17,693 nucleotides of DNA, taken from Bugula neritina (Eukaryota; Animalia; Bryozoa). The notes under the pieces are model-generated. The model was not told where the DNA came from, made no database searches, and worked only from the letters and a program-made list of their open reading frames with translations. The stretch covers positions 1 through 17,693 of the forward strand of contig CAXIUT010000284.1 of the NCBI GenBank assembly GCA_964035545.1, in the 5' to 3' direction. The number at the start of each line of letters is the position of its first letter. Position 1 is the stretch's first letter. Both the position numbers and the translations under genes were made by a program. Of the stretch, positions 1-13,170 are shown piece after piece.

Positions 1-99
1 CCCAACCCCAACCCCAACCCCAACCCCAACCCCAACCCCAACCCCAACCCCAACCCCAACCCCAACCCCAACCCCAACCCCAACCCCAACCCCAACCCC
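1..99 (+). repeat. Left telomere, (CCCCAA)n, C4A2 ciliate type
   Basis: Pure CCCCAA repeats from base 1, C-rich strand at the 5' end as expected for a chromosome terminus. Confidence 0.98.
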
Positions 100-215
100 T
101 TTAAATGAACAATTAATATTATAATTTATTTTTCTATTATTCAGTTTTTAATTATTTTTTGATAAATAATTGAGATATAAAAGTTAATCTTTATCTCTAG
201 TTACTCATCAATAAC

Positions 216-262
<47 letters not shown>

Positions 263-264
263 TT
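216..264. repeat. Subtelomeric (TTTA)n microsatellite
   Basis: About 12 tandem TTTA units between the telomere and the Ca-ATPase stop codon. Confidence 0.9.
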
Positions 265-374
265 CTATTTCAGTAATTACTCACAACCTTTTAATTGATA
301 TTATTTATTTATTCTACTATAATAAAACATGTGATGATAGGTATGATAAGTTATATATTTATAAATGTGATGAA

Positions 375-3300
375 TCAATTTTGTTTGCTTTTTCTGCTGC
401 TCATTTTTGATTTTCTTCTTTAGGTGGCTGGATGTTTTTCCCATCTCTAGAAAATACTGTCTACATTGATTATTTCATCGTTTTGATCTTGTTTTAACAA
501 TTAGAAATTGTTCATAAAGGAATCAGGAATAAATACCTTTATTATGCCGTTCCATATCACCCCAGTTGCTCCTAGAATTATGCTGTAAACATGCTGTTCA
601 GTAGAAAGTGGTACTATTTGGAATGTTTTTCCTCCGAATTACATGATGAAAAGTTGACTCACGAAAATACCAACCACGATGAAGATGAAAAGATAGTTAT
701 CGAAGAAGTCTGCGAAGACATTTAGTTATTATTTCTTGAGTTTTCTGCAATTGAGGAAGTTAAACACTTGGAGATAGACAAATATATTGAAGAACAATGA
801 TAGATGTTGCCCATCTTAAATATCCTATGTGAAGTGAGGCACCATAAAGAGTTTATGACCTTCGAAAAGAATAATAGTTAATAATACGACTTGATAGATA
901 CTGTTGAAAACGATTCCTCTCCACATTTGAGGGGTAACCATATGTTCTGTTCTGGAATAGGGCATTCTTTTTAGTAGTTCATTTGATGGTGGTTCAGTAG
1001 CTAGGGCAAGAGCTGCCAAAGTGTCCATGATCAAGTTGACCCAAAGCATTTGTACTGGAGTGAGAGGAGATTTTTTCAAGATAGCTGCGCCCATAAAAGC
1101 CATACAAATAGCTACTACATTTACAGTTAACTGGAACTGAAGGAATTTTCTAATACAGTCAAATATATTTCTACCGTACTTAACTGCAGTGATAATAGAA
1201 CTGAAGTTATCGTCAAGAAGGATAATACCTGCAGCTTATTTGGCCACTTCTGTACCTGCAATACCCATAGCAAAACCAATATCTGCTTTTTTGAGAGCTG
1301 GAGCATCATTTGTTCCATCACCAGTCATAGCTACGACGTTGCCAAGTTGTTTAAGACCAGTGGCAAGTAGATATTTATCATCTGGAGATGATCTAGCTAG
1401 AATTCTTAACTAGTTTGTAACTTATTTGAATTTTTAAAGATCTGGAACTAATTATCTAAATTGTGGTCCATTCTTTTTTTATTCTTCATCACCTTGGTAA
1501 TCTAAATCTCCTTTTAATATCTGTTATTTTTTTATTTATCCAACAGTATGTCTGAATTCTTTACCTTACATAACTACGTAGTAATTTCTGACTCCTTGAA
1601 CTGTAGGTCTTGTAAATCCTGAAGGAATTATATGAGCTTCTTTGGCAATAGCTGTAGCAGTTTACATGTTGTCACCTGTTACCATTCTAACAGTAATACC
1701 AGCCTTTTTACAATTGAAGACTGCCTATGGTATAGAATCTTTGAGAGGATCTTTGATACCAGCTACACCAACTACTATCAGGTTTTATTAAAGAGTTTAT
1801 GCTTATTTAACTGTTGATTCTTCTTTGGATATTTATCGATAGCAAAGGAGGATAGTTCTAAGTGATTGAGATGAAAATTAAGTCACAACTTTTTGGAATT
1901 ATTATTTCCAAGGATTATCAATAGGAGTAATAGTGTTGACTTTGTTTATATAGTATTTGCAGTTTTCTAAGAGTATTTAAGGTGCACCTTTCGAAAAGAG
2001 ATAATATCTTTGTTTTTAATTGAGATAGTAAACCACTGACATTCTTTTTCTATCTGAACTGAAAGGAGCTGTATTGATAGGTTTTATTTCTTTTCTGATG
2101 GTATCAAAACGATAGCCTAACTTATCGATCATTTCCAAAAGAGCGCATTCTGTTTTATTGCCAATTTGTTAGAATCTTCCTTCTTTTTTGATAGGATGGG
2201 CATCTGAGTTGAGAGATATTCCATATCCGAGTAATTCTTTGATATTGGGTGTTAGAGCTTTATCATCAGCACTGAATTTATCAAAAATGTGATCTAAAGT
2301 CCAAAATTTAGTAACTGTCATTTGATTTTTAGTCAGTGTGCCTGTTTTATCACTGCAGATGTTATTAGCTCCTCCCATAGTTTAGCAGGCTGTGAGGAAT
2401 CGAACCAAATTGTTTTAATCTTTCATTTTGCCAACGCTATAGGCTAGTGAAATGGTGACAGCGAGAGGAAGACCTTAGGGTACAGCCATGACGATGAGAC
2501 TGACAGAGATAATGATGTAGTCTACTAGTTTATTGACAATCTAGATAAAGATAATTTATTGTTTTCCTGTAATACAATCTACTATTAAATGACCACTAAG
2601 GGCAATGAGAGTAAGACCTGCTGCTGCCATACCCATTTTACCTATCTGATCAGCTAATATTTATAATTTTTATTCAAGAGGAGTTTTATCATCTTCTTAT
2701 TGTAATCTTAATCTTAATTTATTTTAGAAAGTATTTACTCCGACTGCTAGTACTATCATCTTACCTGTACCTTGGATAACTTTAGTTCCTGATATTAAAA
2801 AGGAAGCTGTATTGCATTTATCTTGAAAAGGTATTTTATTGATAGGTTTAGGTTATCCTGTTAATGAACTTTCATCCAAGAATAATTTATTTCCTTAGAT
2901 AACCATTCCATCGACTGACATTATTTCTCCTGTCTAAATATGAACGATATCTCCTACTAATAGTTCATAAACTGACATGTTTAGGATTTTGCCGTTTCGT
3001 AGTACATTTATATTTTTGCGACAGGCAACTTCATTGAGTTTACGGAACTGTTGTTCTTTCATGTAGTTGTTTCCTGATGCTACTACAGTGATGATCATGA
3101 CAGCCAACAAAATACTAAATCCTTCAATCCATCCTTAAGCTAAGCCATGAGTGGCTATTCCTAGAGTCAAGGAGACTACAGCTGCAACGCAAAGAATACG
3201 AAGCATGGGGTCTTAGAAATTTTGAAGAACCATTTCCCAGAGAGTGGTAGGTTATTTAACCACTGGATCATTTTTGCCAAACTTGCTAATTCTATCATTT

Positions 3301-3576
3301 TTGTCATCTGAGGTTGCAGTGATTCCTGTCTGAGTAATAAAAATATTACTTATCTGGATGTTTTGAGTTTTTCTTCAAGACCTTTGTCTCCTCCTATATT
3401 TTAAATCATCTTATTGCTGATATTATCTTTGATGTTATCGAGATCGAATAGGAGTCTGAATAAGTAAAGATGTACTCGAGATACTTGCACCCGAAAGGTT
3501 TGTTTTTGTTTGTTTAATTTCCATCTTTTGGAAGTAGTCTTTATTCTAGTTCTATTTCTTTTGGTTTATTGGTCAT
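375..3576 (-). CDS. PMCA: P-type IIB Ca2+-transporting ATPase (PMCA-like), ~1053 aa, 2 introns (3330-3349, 3456-3475)
   Basis: With TAR=Glu the frame is continuous over 375-3329. Motifs: DESSLTGE, VAVPEGLPLAVT-like (MAVPEGLPLAVT), [50 protein letters not shown]. Two 20-nt GT-AG introns restore the N-terminal frame from ATG 3576. Confidence 0.96.
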
Positions 3577-3712
3577 TCTTCAATAAATCCAAGATACAAA
3601 TTAAATATGATTATTTTAACCTTTATTCAACAATATTCTTTGTTTAATTATCAATAACTTTAAATGGAATAATTATTCAAAGATTATAAGTATAAATAGA
3701 TAAGATCATTAA

Positions 3713-4216
3713 TCATCTACATAGATCTTATAGATTATTTTATTAATTACGTCTAAGCTCTCCATCTAATAAAAATTTATGCATTATTTTCAGTTTTTAG
3801 TTCTATATCTTTAAGTATTCATGTTTTTTGGATAGTTATTAATTATCTTTGGTTATTTTAGTTAGTTTTTTGTATAAATTTAGAAAAGAGCGCTTCAAAA
3901 TTATATTTTATTGGTCTTGTGAGAGATGGAAATTTCTTTTTAGCTCATTTTTCTTTTATTAAAGAATCTTATGGCATGCTTTTTCTTCTTCTTCAAGTAT
4001 TTTAATAGATAGTTAGAGATTATTTTAAAGTTCCTCCAATAGATTGCGCACTTTGACTTTATCGAGATGACTATATTTCTTCAATATTATTCTCAAATTG
4101 TTCTCTAATTCTTCCTAATATGAGTTATAGTTTTTGCTATTAGTAAGAATCAAAGTGCTTTAGTTGCTGTAGTAATGTTTGCTCAATAGAGGTTATAACT
4201 CAACTTTTCCTGACAT
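3713..4216 (-). CDS. Hypothetical protein with CUE/UBA-like segment and C-terminal coiled coil, 167 aa
   Basis: Open ATG 4216 to TGA 3713. ILKKYSHLDKVKVRNLLEELENNLELSIKIL has CUE-like hydrophobic spacing and is followed by heptad-rich ENIILKR...ENEKLK. The domain call is by eye. Confidence 0.65.
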
Positions 4217-4274
4217 TATTATAATTATCAAAAGGATAAGCTCTTTTAAGATAAATTTAATTTTTTAAAAATTA

Positions 4275-4721
4275 ATGATGCATTTTGAATGTCAACTTTA
4301 GTTAATTGGATAAATTCTGATAAAATATATGTATTGGTTTTATGATAAGTTGATATAATTATAAATTGTTGAGGTCTCGTTTACCAGTTAGATCATCTTA
4401 TATATGGTCTAAATAAATGGCTGGGACCTATAGATATCCTACGTTTTTCATCCTTTTCCACTCTATTGGAACAGGGACTGTTCTCTGTAGATATACTCTC
4501 ATCACAAAATCATCATTAAAATGTTGTTGAAAATCAAACTTTTAACTTAAGTATTCAATTTATATCTACTATTACTATCTTTAATGATTATCAAATAGGT
4601 CAAGAGTTTAAAATATGATTTTTATCAAAAAATTTTTCAATAACTTTATCTCTTTTTTCACAAAGTAAAAGCTAAAGGCATAAAATAACCTGTTTTAGAA
4701 AAAGAATATTAAACTACATGA
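4275..4721 (+). CDS. Possible hypothetical protein (148 aa); reading frame unresolved
   Basis: Open frame under code 30, and the 4370-4510 core is less AT-rich than typical intergenic DNA here. Competing readings exist (minus 4200-4724; plus 4289-4618 with two in-frame TGA). No recognisable homology. Confidence 0.25.
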
Positions 4722-4792
4722 CATGTTGAAATTATAGCTAAACTAAAAATAAATAAAAATTAAAAATAGAAAATTAAGTATTAATGAATAAA

Positions 4793-6220
4793 TCACTCTG
4801 CTTGAATAGATTCTTAAATTATTTTTGTCTTAGGGACTTCTTCGACTTCTTTTTTGACTTCTTTGACTTCTTTTTTGATTTATCCTCTAACTTATCCTCT
4901 TAGTTCTTCTAAAAAGGGAGGAATTAATAACAAAGTCGCAAGAAGACATTAAGCTGAAAACATATAAAAAATAACACTTTAACTTAAATGTGGTATTACA
5001 ACCATTTCTATTGTAATAATCACAGCAAAAGCCTAAATCAAGGAAGATATTTTAGAGATAGCACTTTTTTCTTTAAGACTCAATCCAATATCAAAAACAA
5101 TGAGAATTCCAACAATATTATAAGGTCCACTAAGAAAGAATCCAGCCATAAAGATGGTGACATAATATGGCCAAACAACATCACCTAAAGCAAAAGATAT
5201 AATGAAAAAAGTAATTGAACAACATAGTAATGAAGGACTACAAAATATGGCTTTTTTATTTGTAATATCAGAAAGAAAGCCAATTACTAGACCTCCAACT
5301 ATTGCTCCTATATCGAACATAGAAGAAATATATCCTTTTTGACTCTGAATGACTCCTTAGTGCTAGTTAAGCATAGTAGGTAACCAAAACAACAAACCAT
5401 AGCTGCATCCTTTGAGGCAGGCATAAGAAAATACATAGTTTGGGACTCTATCGATGCAAAGTAATGAAAATATTCCGTATTTAAATATAGTTTATTATTG
5501 TTGCTGCTGTTATTATACTTATGGACCTTTTTATACTTATTTTAAAGGCAAATCTTCTCTATTTTAGTTAGATTATTCGATCAGGGCTTTTTGATTATCT
5601 GCACCTAGTTCAATACTCCTTTCTTATTATTTATCGGGTTATTCTTTAAGAAACAATAAAACTAATAAGGCAATAAAGAGTCCCATTCCTCCTGTTAGGA
5701 CAAAATTCCATACAAAATTAATTTGATAATCAGTCAAAATATTGAGGAAGACACTAGCAAAGATATCACCAACACTAGAACTACAGGACCAGATTCCAAC
5801 TAGAAAACCTTTTTTAGCTCCTGCAAACCACAGGCCAAAGATTCCCATGACTCCAGGCCAGCCAGTAGCCTGAAAAAAGCCATTAATAACCATCATAGTG
5901 GTCATAAAGACTACATTATAAAATCCAGTTATTGAATAAATAATCATCCATATCATATAGCTGATACAAGATATAGATAATCCCATAAGAACATAAGATT
6001 TCAGTGAAAACTTGTGCATAAAACTGCCTAAAATCATCATACCTGAAGAGTATGCAGCTAGATAGAATCCATCAACTATGCCTAGGTAAGATTTGCTGAT
6101 TCCGAAGGTAATAGAGATGTCAACTTTGGAATAAGACCATCCTTCGCGAAGGGCATGGAAAGAAGCATAAATCATGAAGGTAATCAAGTATATGTAGATG
6201 TGGTAAGGGGTATACCTCAT
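4793..6220 (-). CDS. MFS sugar-phosphate exchanger, SLC37A/GlpT-like, 475 aa, no introns
   Basis: Continuous frame joining the provided ORFs 5639-6220 and 5033-5320. Motifs YASFHALREGWS, NGFFQATGWP, GFLVGIWS-SSSVGDI, YGLLFWLP, FDIGAIVGG, GFFLSGPYN; multiple TM segments. Confidence 0.92.
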
Positions 6221-6457
6221 CGTATTTCAAATATCAATATTAAAATTGGTTAAAATATGACATCATATTGTTTTATTTCTTTTATAATTAAGGCTATAAT
6301 ATCATTTAAATTGTTATCATAATTATTCAATGATATATTGATAATTTATAAAACTTTCTAAAACATAAAAAAAAGCATAAAAATTGATTTATATAAGAAA
6401 TTGATAATAATCTTATATTATTTAAAAATATAGTTCTTTAATTGAGTATAATATTAG

Positions 6458-7171
6458 ATGAGCGGTCTATTCAGAAGTATATCAGGAGTCATATCTCTGG
6501 AAGGAAATATTGGAGTGGGAAAGAGTACCTTTCTTTCTGTTTGTGGTTTAAATCAAATCAAGGAACCTGTTGAATAGTGGTAGTCTATGTAGGGAGGCAG
6601 TCTTCTTAAAAAATATTATGCTGATCCTAAAAGATGGGCTTTTACCTTTCAACTTAATGCAGTTCATTCTAGATGCGATCTCTGGAATAAAACCTTGAAA
6701 AATGATTCAGAATCATTGTATTTTTCTGAAAGATCTCCTTTGACTGATAGAAACATATTTGGATAGCTGATGTATAGGGAAGGAAATATGGATGTAAGTT
6801 AGTATGCTATTTATAGTAGTATTTGCTAGAGTTTAATAAAAAATTGTCCATTAAGAGGAATTATCTATCTCAAAGGGTCGCCTGAGGCTTGTTTAGAGAG
6901 AGTTAATCAAAGAAATAGATAAGGAGAATAAAATATAACGCTTTAGTATTTGACTAAAGTTGATAGAAAACATAAAGAATGGATAAATAAAATCAATAAT
7001 ATTCCAGTATTGACTATTGATACTGAAATTTACAATATTTATAGTTCTCAAGATAGAAAACAAGTAAGCTTCATCGTTGATAACTTTATTAACAGCCTTA
7101 AACACGATAAATCTCAATAGTAAATCAAAGGAGATGACTTTTTGCATAGAAAAATGGTTCTTTAATCTTGA
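6458..7171 (+). CDS. Deoxynucleoside kinase (dNK/dCK/dGK/TK2 family), 237 aa
   Basis: P-loop ISLEGNIGVGKST, EPVEEW, YYADPKRWAFTFQ, ERS--TDR-IF, IIYL, R---RNREGE, ITLEYL. Missing from the ORF track because of internal TAG/TAA. Confidence 0.93.
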
Positions 7172-7240
7172 TTGTCATACTTTTTATCATTTTAATTCTT
7201 ATTTATCAAAAGTTATTAAATCTGAGATGATATAATAGTA

Positions 7241-7774
7241 ATGTAATAATTCAAAAACCTCTTCAGCAAGAAGTAATAAGCAGAAGAATCTTGCTTCCCT
7301 AATCTCACCTTCACCTAGCGTCTTCTTGGTTTCGCTATCTGTTGTGCTCTAGGTACCTTAATTCTTTCTCAGGATTTGTTTTAGAGATCCTATCATTCGG
7401 TGCGATCCTTAGTCTAGCTACAGGCAATCCTGCAAAATTCGCTATCATCTATTCTTTGGGCAACATCCTTACTTTAGCTGCGTAAGTTATATCTTAGAGA
7501 TAGAACAGGTTTTTTGATAGGATTTAAACGACAAATTACAAATATGGCAAAAACTGATAGAAGAGTGGCTAGTATTATTTTTATTGGAGCTCTTATTGGC
7601 ACATTAGTTGCAGCACTTGTTTTCAAAAGTAAAATTCTAGTGATTGTCTGTATATGCATTCAAATTCCAGCCTATATCTGGTATTGTGCAAGTTATATTC
7701 CATTTGCTAGAGATTGCATCCGTTCTTGTTTAAAAAGTTGTTGTAAAAAGGCAACAAACGAACTAGAATCATGA
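7241..7774 (+). CDS. SFT2: Got1/SFT2-family vesicle transport protein, 163 aa, 2 introns (7353-7372, 7482-7503)
   Basis: LTFTERLLGFAIC, KFAIIYSLGNI, TGFLIGFKRQ, Q-PAYIWYCASYIPFAR. A 20-nt and a 22-nt intron restore the frame. Confidence 0.93.
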
Positions 7775-7889
7775 TTTAGATACCTCAATAATAGGTTAAG
7801 AAATAATTACTAAAATCTTTAATTTATGCATTATTGAATGTTGATATTTCGATAATAAAATTATATTAGATAAAAGTTAAATATTAGTG

Positions 7890-8990
7890 ATGTAGTAACC
7901 TAGAGATGCTTTTGTTAAAAGTTTAAAACCTGAATAACTAAAAGAACTGATCTTGCATAGTCAAAATAAATAAGAAAAAGGATATTATACCAAATAGTAA
8001 TGGGGATAGCTGCATTAAAGTTTACTTGGAGTCGAAAGAACAGTACTACCTGTATTAAATGTTTGGAGATTATTGAAACTAATCAATTTTGGAGATGATT
8101 ATGTACCAACTGGTTTAGTTTATGATACTATGCTCACACTTTTGGACCAGTAAAGACCACCATAATAAACTGAAGTATTACTAAAATCTATCTTTTTTAA
8201 GTTTATTTAATTCAATGGAAAGTTTCTTAGTTAAAAAGAAAGATAATAGCTGGCATTCTTTCGAGTTATTCGGTCAGTAGTTGAAGGATATCGACAGATA
8301 CTGGCAGGTACTATTGAACCTCTTGAAAGTCATTTGAAAGATAGACATGAACAACTGTATCGATTACATAATGTATTTACTTATAGAAAGAATCTAGAGG
8401 CATTGAAGAAGATTGAAGATGAATTCAAATAATGTAAATTTTAACCATAAATAACACAAAAAGCTGATCTTGTTCAATCAAGATATCTCTAGCCTAAAAC
8501 AAACTATCAACTCAAATATTAGCAATAAAGATTAGTATAAAATGAAGTTATTGATGAATAGGATTAATTTTATGATAACTTCCAGGCTAGTCCAGTTCCA
8601 TACTATCCCTAGGTGGCTCCTAATGGATCAAATGAACATCTTGCGCGTATGCAAAAATCTAGATAAATAAAAAGAATAACCAACTTGAAGCCTAATCGTA
8701 GTGTAAATATGCATACCTAAGTTGGTCCTTTTAGTTTAAATGAAAGGACATAGGCTCGTAAGTAAAAATCTGTCAATAATTTCAAAATCCTTTTTTTTAT
8801 CAAAGTAGAAGTTGGCAAAAGAATTTTACGGATAAAAGTGAGAGAAACTATGACAGTTTAAGATGTTGTTAAGAATATCGAATTAATGGTTGGATTTCGA
8901 GATTAGTCGGTGAATTAAATCGTAAGAGGATATTTTGCTAATTATCAGCAGAGACAAAAACAGAAAAAACTCATTTATGAATAGTTTTGA
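7890..8990 (+). CDS. Hypothetical protein, ~366 aa, with an ECxFxPxI motif typical of ciliate hypothetical proteins
   Basis: 1101-nt open frame under code 30; contains EFKECKFEPEI and a C-terminal LFFIKVEVG-RI-V segment. Start codon uncertain. Confidence 0.75.
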
Positions 8991-9012
8991 TTGATGAATA
9001 GTTTTGATTGAT
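8977..9012 (+). repeat. 17-bp tandem duplication ATGAATAGTTTTGATTG x2 spanning a stop codon
   Basis: Exact copies at 8977-8993 and 8994-9010, lying between convergent gene ends. Confidence 0.9.
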
Positions 9013-9039
9013 CTACATTATTTAACAGTAAATAAAGAA

Positions 9040-11528
9040 TCATTTGAATTCATCTCCAGGAGTGAAGAATATAGTCGGTTCTTTCATGCTTTTACCTTTC
9101 TTGACTAACTTGATCTCATTGTCTAAAGCACTGATACAGACCATAGCTTTGCATTTTGTACTTACTAATGAAGGTAGTTCTCTTGCTTTTAGAGTGGCTG
9201 TTTTTGGTTAGATGACTGGGTTGCCAGGTTTCGATTAGCTATTAAATGATTTTCTATAATTTCTAAGAGACTATAGTCCGATTTATGCTTGTTTTCCTAG
9301 GATTCTATGATAGCCATTTTTATTGAAACTCATGGGATGTAGTTGTAAATTAAGTATTGAATTGAGTCTTCTATCTTACCTTTATGTTTTTTATTTTCTA
9401 GAAAACTGTTATGACAAATTAGACACATGAGGATTGATAAAAGGACAAGATAGCAATTCCTATATTTATTCTTCATCACTGTCGACTTGTTTATTATCGA
9501 ATTATATTTTTTTTAATTTGAGAAGTGATTAATATTCTAATTTAGGTGATTTTATTTATTATTATTATTACTAATTGTTAATGAAACTGAGTCTTGAGGC
9601 TCTTTGGGCTTAGCTTTGAGGTTTATTTCTAAAATTATTTTATATTCCATTCGATTTGGCGTTTCTTATGCTTCTACCAGGAGAATGCATTTATCTTAGA
9701 GGCGATAATGATAATTTTTTTATTGCTGGTTTGCTATTAGGGAGTACTATTTGAGTTTAGTCTCCTTCTCGAAGAAATGTGCTTAGATTTTATATTTTAG
9801 CTTTTCTAATCAAAAGATAATATAGAGCTTTTACGCCTCGTTATGTTAGTTCTTTGGAACTTGATGGTCCCTATATTGAGTGGTATATTTTTTTGTAGGG
9901 TGCTTCGAACCTTCCAGGAGCCATTTTGAGCAAAGCCACAGCTAAATTCATTTTCAAATTCTACATATCTCTATTTATACTTGAACTGATTTGAAATGGT
10001 TGTGAGGATTATCAATTCGAGACTAAGGATTAAGTTCAATCAAATCCAAAAAAGATTAACATATTTCTTTGCCTAACTGTCTAAAATGACCAATCGTGTA
10101 GAACTATTTAGGTTATTTGAATGAAGGATTTTTGTAATTGATAATAACATCCTGATCTAATGACTTCTAATTGGGTTTATTAAACACCTAATCTTTATTT
10201 CTTCTATTTTCCAGTACATTGATGACTCGACTGGTATTGTAATTGCACTAAAGAGTCCATGAGTATGGATTTTTGGTTGCTTTGAAGATAGCTACCCTTC
10301 CTGCACCCTCTTTCGATACATGATCATTGATATCTTTACAATACATATTTTTTTATGTGAAATTACTGCCTTAATATTAAAATATTTAACTGTTCATTGA
10401 CAAGATTTTAGGAAAAAGACAAATATCTACTTGTTTTTCTAACTAATTACTTGAATTTCCATAAATGAAGACTCCTTTTCTGGCTGCATGTGCGTGTAGA
10501 TCCAGAAAGATAAAGTATTTGTTTTTGCTGTGAAAATGATTGATAACTTTTTTAACTGCATAGATTGGCGAGTGATTTTTGGGGGAAGGGTTGATGTAGC
10601 AGCGATTGAGGTTGATTCCATTGGGGTCGACTCGGTAGTGTCCTCGTGCTACTCCATCTGGATTGAAGATAGGAAATATATAAAATACGAATTTATCTCT
10701 GAGTATTTTAGCTTTTTAGTTATTTTATGATAACTATGTGATGATACCTGTCATGACGTGTGAGCTGGGTACTTCTCCAGGATGCACTCTTGCTCCAATG
10801 ATGATAGCTTTTTTATCTGAGCCAAATTATTTGGGTTAGTCGTGTCCTGGAAACAGATATTAGTTTTAGAATTTTTAATTTTTGTTTGATATTGATTTTT
10901 TAGATGATATTGTTATGAATTATACTGGTCTTCCTTATAGCGATGGGATGATATTTGATCTTTTGAAGTAGATGTTGTCTTGTTGATGGCATTTGTTTTA
11001 TATCTATTGTAGGAAGGAGTGGTTATCGGTATTGGACCATGGATAGAAGAAAGCGATGAATACTTTTTAGTTATTTGTGATGGTATGTTTGAAAGTCCAT
11101 TCCATCCATCCTTAATTGATGTCCTATTTACTACCAGAACTACTATCCGAGATAGATCGATTCGATGGACTATCCTTTTCCAATCCTGGCTGCTATCCTA
11201 GCGATAGACAGGTACTAGCCCTTCATTGAGTAATCTGGACTGGATAATAAGATGTTTTACTTGGTTTTGCATGTTTTTGATGGTGAAGGTGATGACTGTT
11301 CCTTTGTTTGGACCTTTAATTGAGAAATGGAACCAAGCTCTGTATTGATTTTTCGGGTTGTCTACTGCTATCCATAGATTGTACTGAATATAGATGATTA
11401 GATACGTTAGTTTGATTAACTTTTTAAGCGTTGTAGAGGTTGCCAGAATCGAAGTTGGAATCGATGGTTGTTGGCCCGAATTAAAAGGTTTTATGGGATT
11501 GTGGGATAGGGTAGTTATTCTGCTACAT
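9040..11528 (-). CDS. AGBL5: Cytosolic carboxypeptidase 5-like tubulin deglutamylase (M14D), ~801 aa, 4 introns (9961-9980, 11124-11143, 11240-11260, 11384-11405)
   Basis: [54 protein letters not shown], and CCP5-typical [24 protein letters not shown]. Exon lengths sum to 802 codons. Confidence 0.93.
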
Positions 11529-11670
11529 AGTAATTAATAAAATTAACTAAATCTTTATTAAGCAGTAAGTTAACTAACTATGTTTATTTTATTTAGTTGT
11601 CTTACCCTTTAAAACTATTTTAATGATGTTATTTACTTTATACTTGATAAATATTGTTAAGATATTAAAA

Positions 11671-12282
<612 letters not shown>

Positions 12283-12288
12283 TTACTA

Positions 12289-13170
12289 TCAAATGGATGC
12301 TGATCTTGTAAATTTGTATTTGTTTTTTTTGTTAAACTATTTTTTGTTTGTATTCTAGTTGTTTATTTTTTATTTTTGTTTTTGGAGGTATTGGGTTTTT
12401 AACTTGTCGTATTACCATTTCAAATATTGATATAGTTATTTTATTACATATATTGCTTATGTAAATTGCTACTCTACTCTTATATGTTTACTATGTTCTG
12501 ATATAGTTTTCTTTATCTCGCCTGCTTCTTCTTTCTTGCTGGGTAGACTATGAATTCCTTAGTATATAGTTGGATTCTTGCTTATTGCGTGTTCTAGAAT
12601 ATCGATTTCTTATTGATTGAGTTATTATTTTTAGATCAGCCAGTTTAGTTTTTATAATTAGTCGTTTTCATTTTTTAGTGTTTTTTCTATGGCTTGGAGT
12701 TAGTTGGTTTATTAATCTAATCTTTTTAAACTCTTTCTCTATTATGCCAATATCTATTGTCTTCGCACGTGATGGAATTCCTATATGGTCATATGTTGAG
12801 GTCTTTTCTTTCTAGGTTTCAACAATCCTTCATAAAATGTTTCCTTATCTGATATTAATCTCCTTTGATCATATATCTTATCTTAGTATTCTACTAATCT
12901 TTATCTTCTGACCTTGGCTTCTTCTTCTTTTATTTGTTCAGTTATCAGATATTAAAGTCTGAGGTTGTTTCTTTATTCGAAGAGATGTTGGATATTTTAG
13001 AATTATTTTTGGCAAAATTAGACAGTGCTCAGTGTCACTTTAGACTAATTGAAGGATTGTAGTTGGACGTTAAGAGCTTGTAGGTTGAGTTTAGTAGCAT
13101 GGAAAATATCTCTGATTTAATCTGTTATGTTTTAAACTTTTTTTTAAAGTTATGACGATTGCATTATCAT
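12289..13170 (-). CDS. Hypothetical coiled-coil protein, ~293 aa
   Basis: 882-nt open frame, E/K/Q/L-rich. Its stop lies only 24 nt upstream of the UMP-CMP kinase ATG. The true start may be further upstream (see findings). Confidence 0.75.

Noticed and set aside
4440-4500. U6-like fragments (TACAGAGAA, AAGGATGA) on the minus strand
   Set aside because: Lacks the GATTAGCATGG catalytic segment and the rest of U6; probably coincidence.
6575-6592. Split code TAA=Glu / TAG=Gln, suggested by dNK EPVE[TAG]W[TAG], where WQ is common
   Set aside because: TAG sits at invariant Glu in GESYGG, TLECNYN, PVGEA, ITLEYL and SAGELLR.
9553-9573. Run of TAG-TAA-TAA-TAA-TAA-TAA in the CCP5 frame as a termination block
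   Set aside because: It reads as poly-Glu in a low-complexity tail, and the frame stays open to TGA at 9040.
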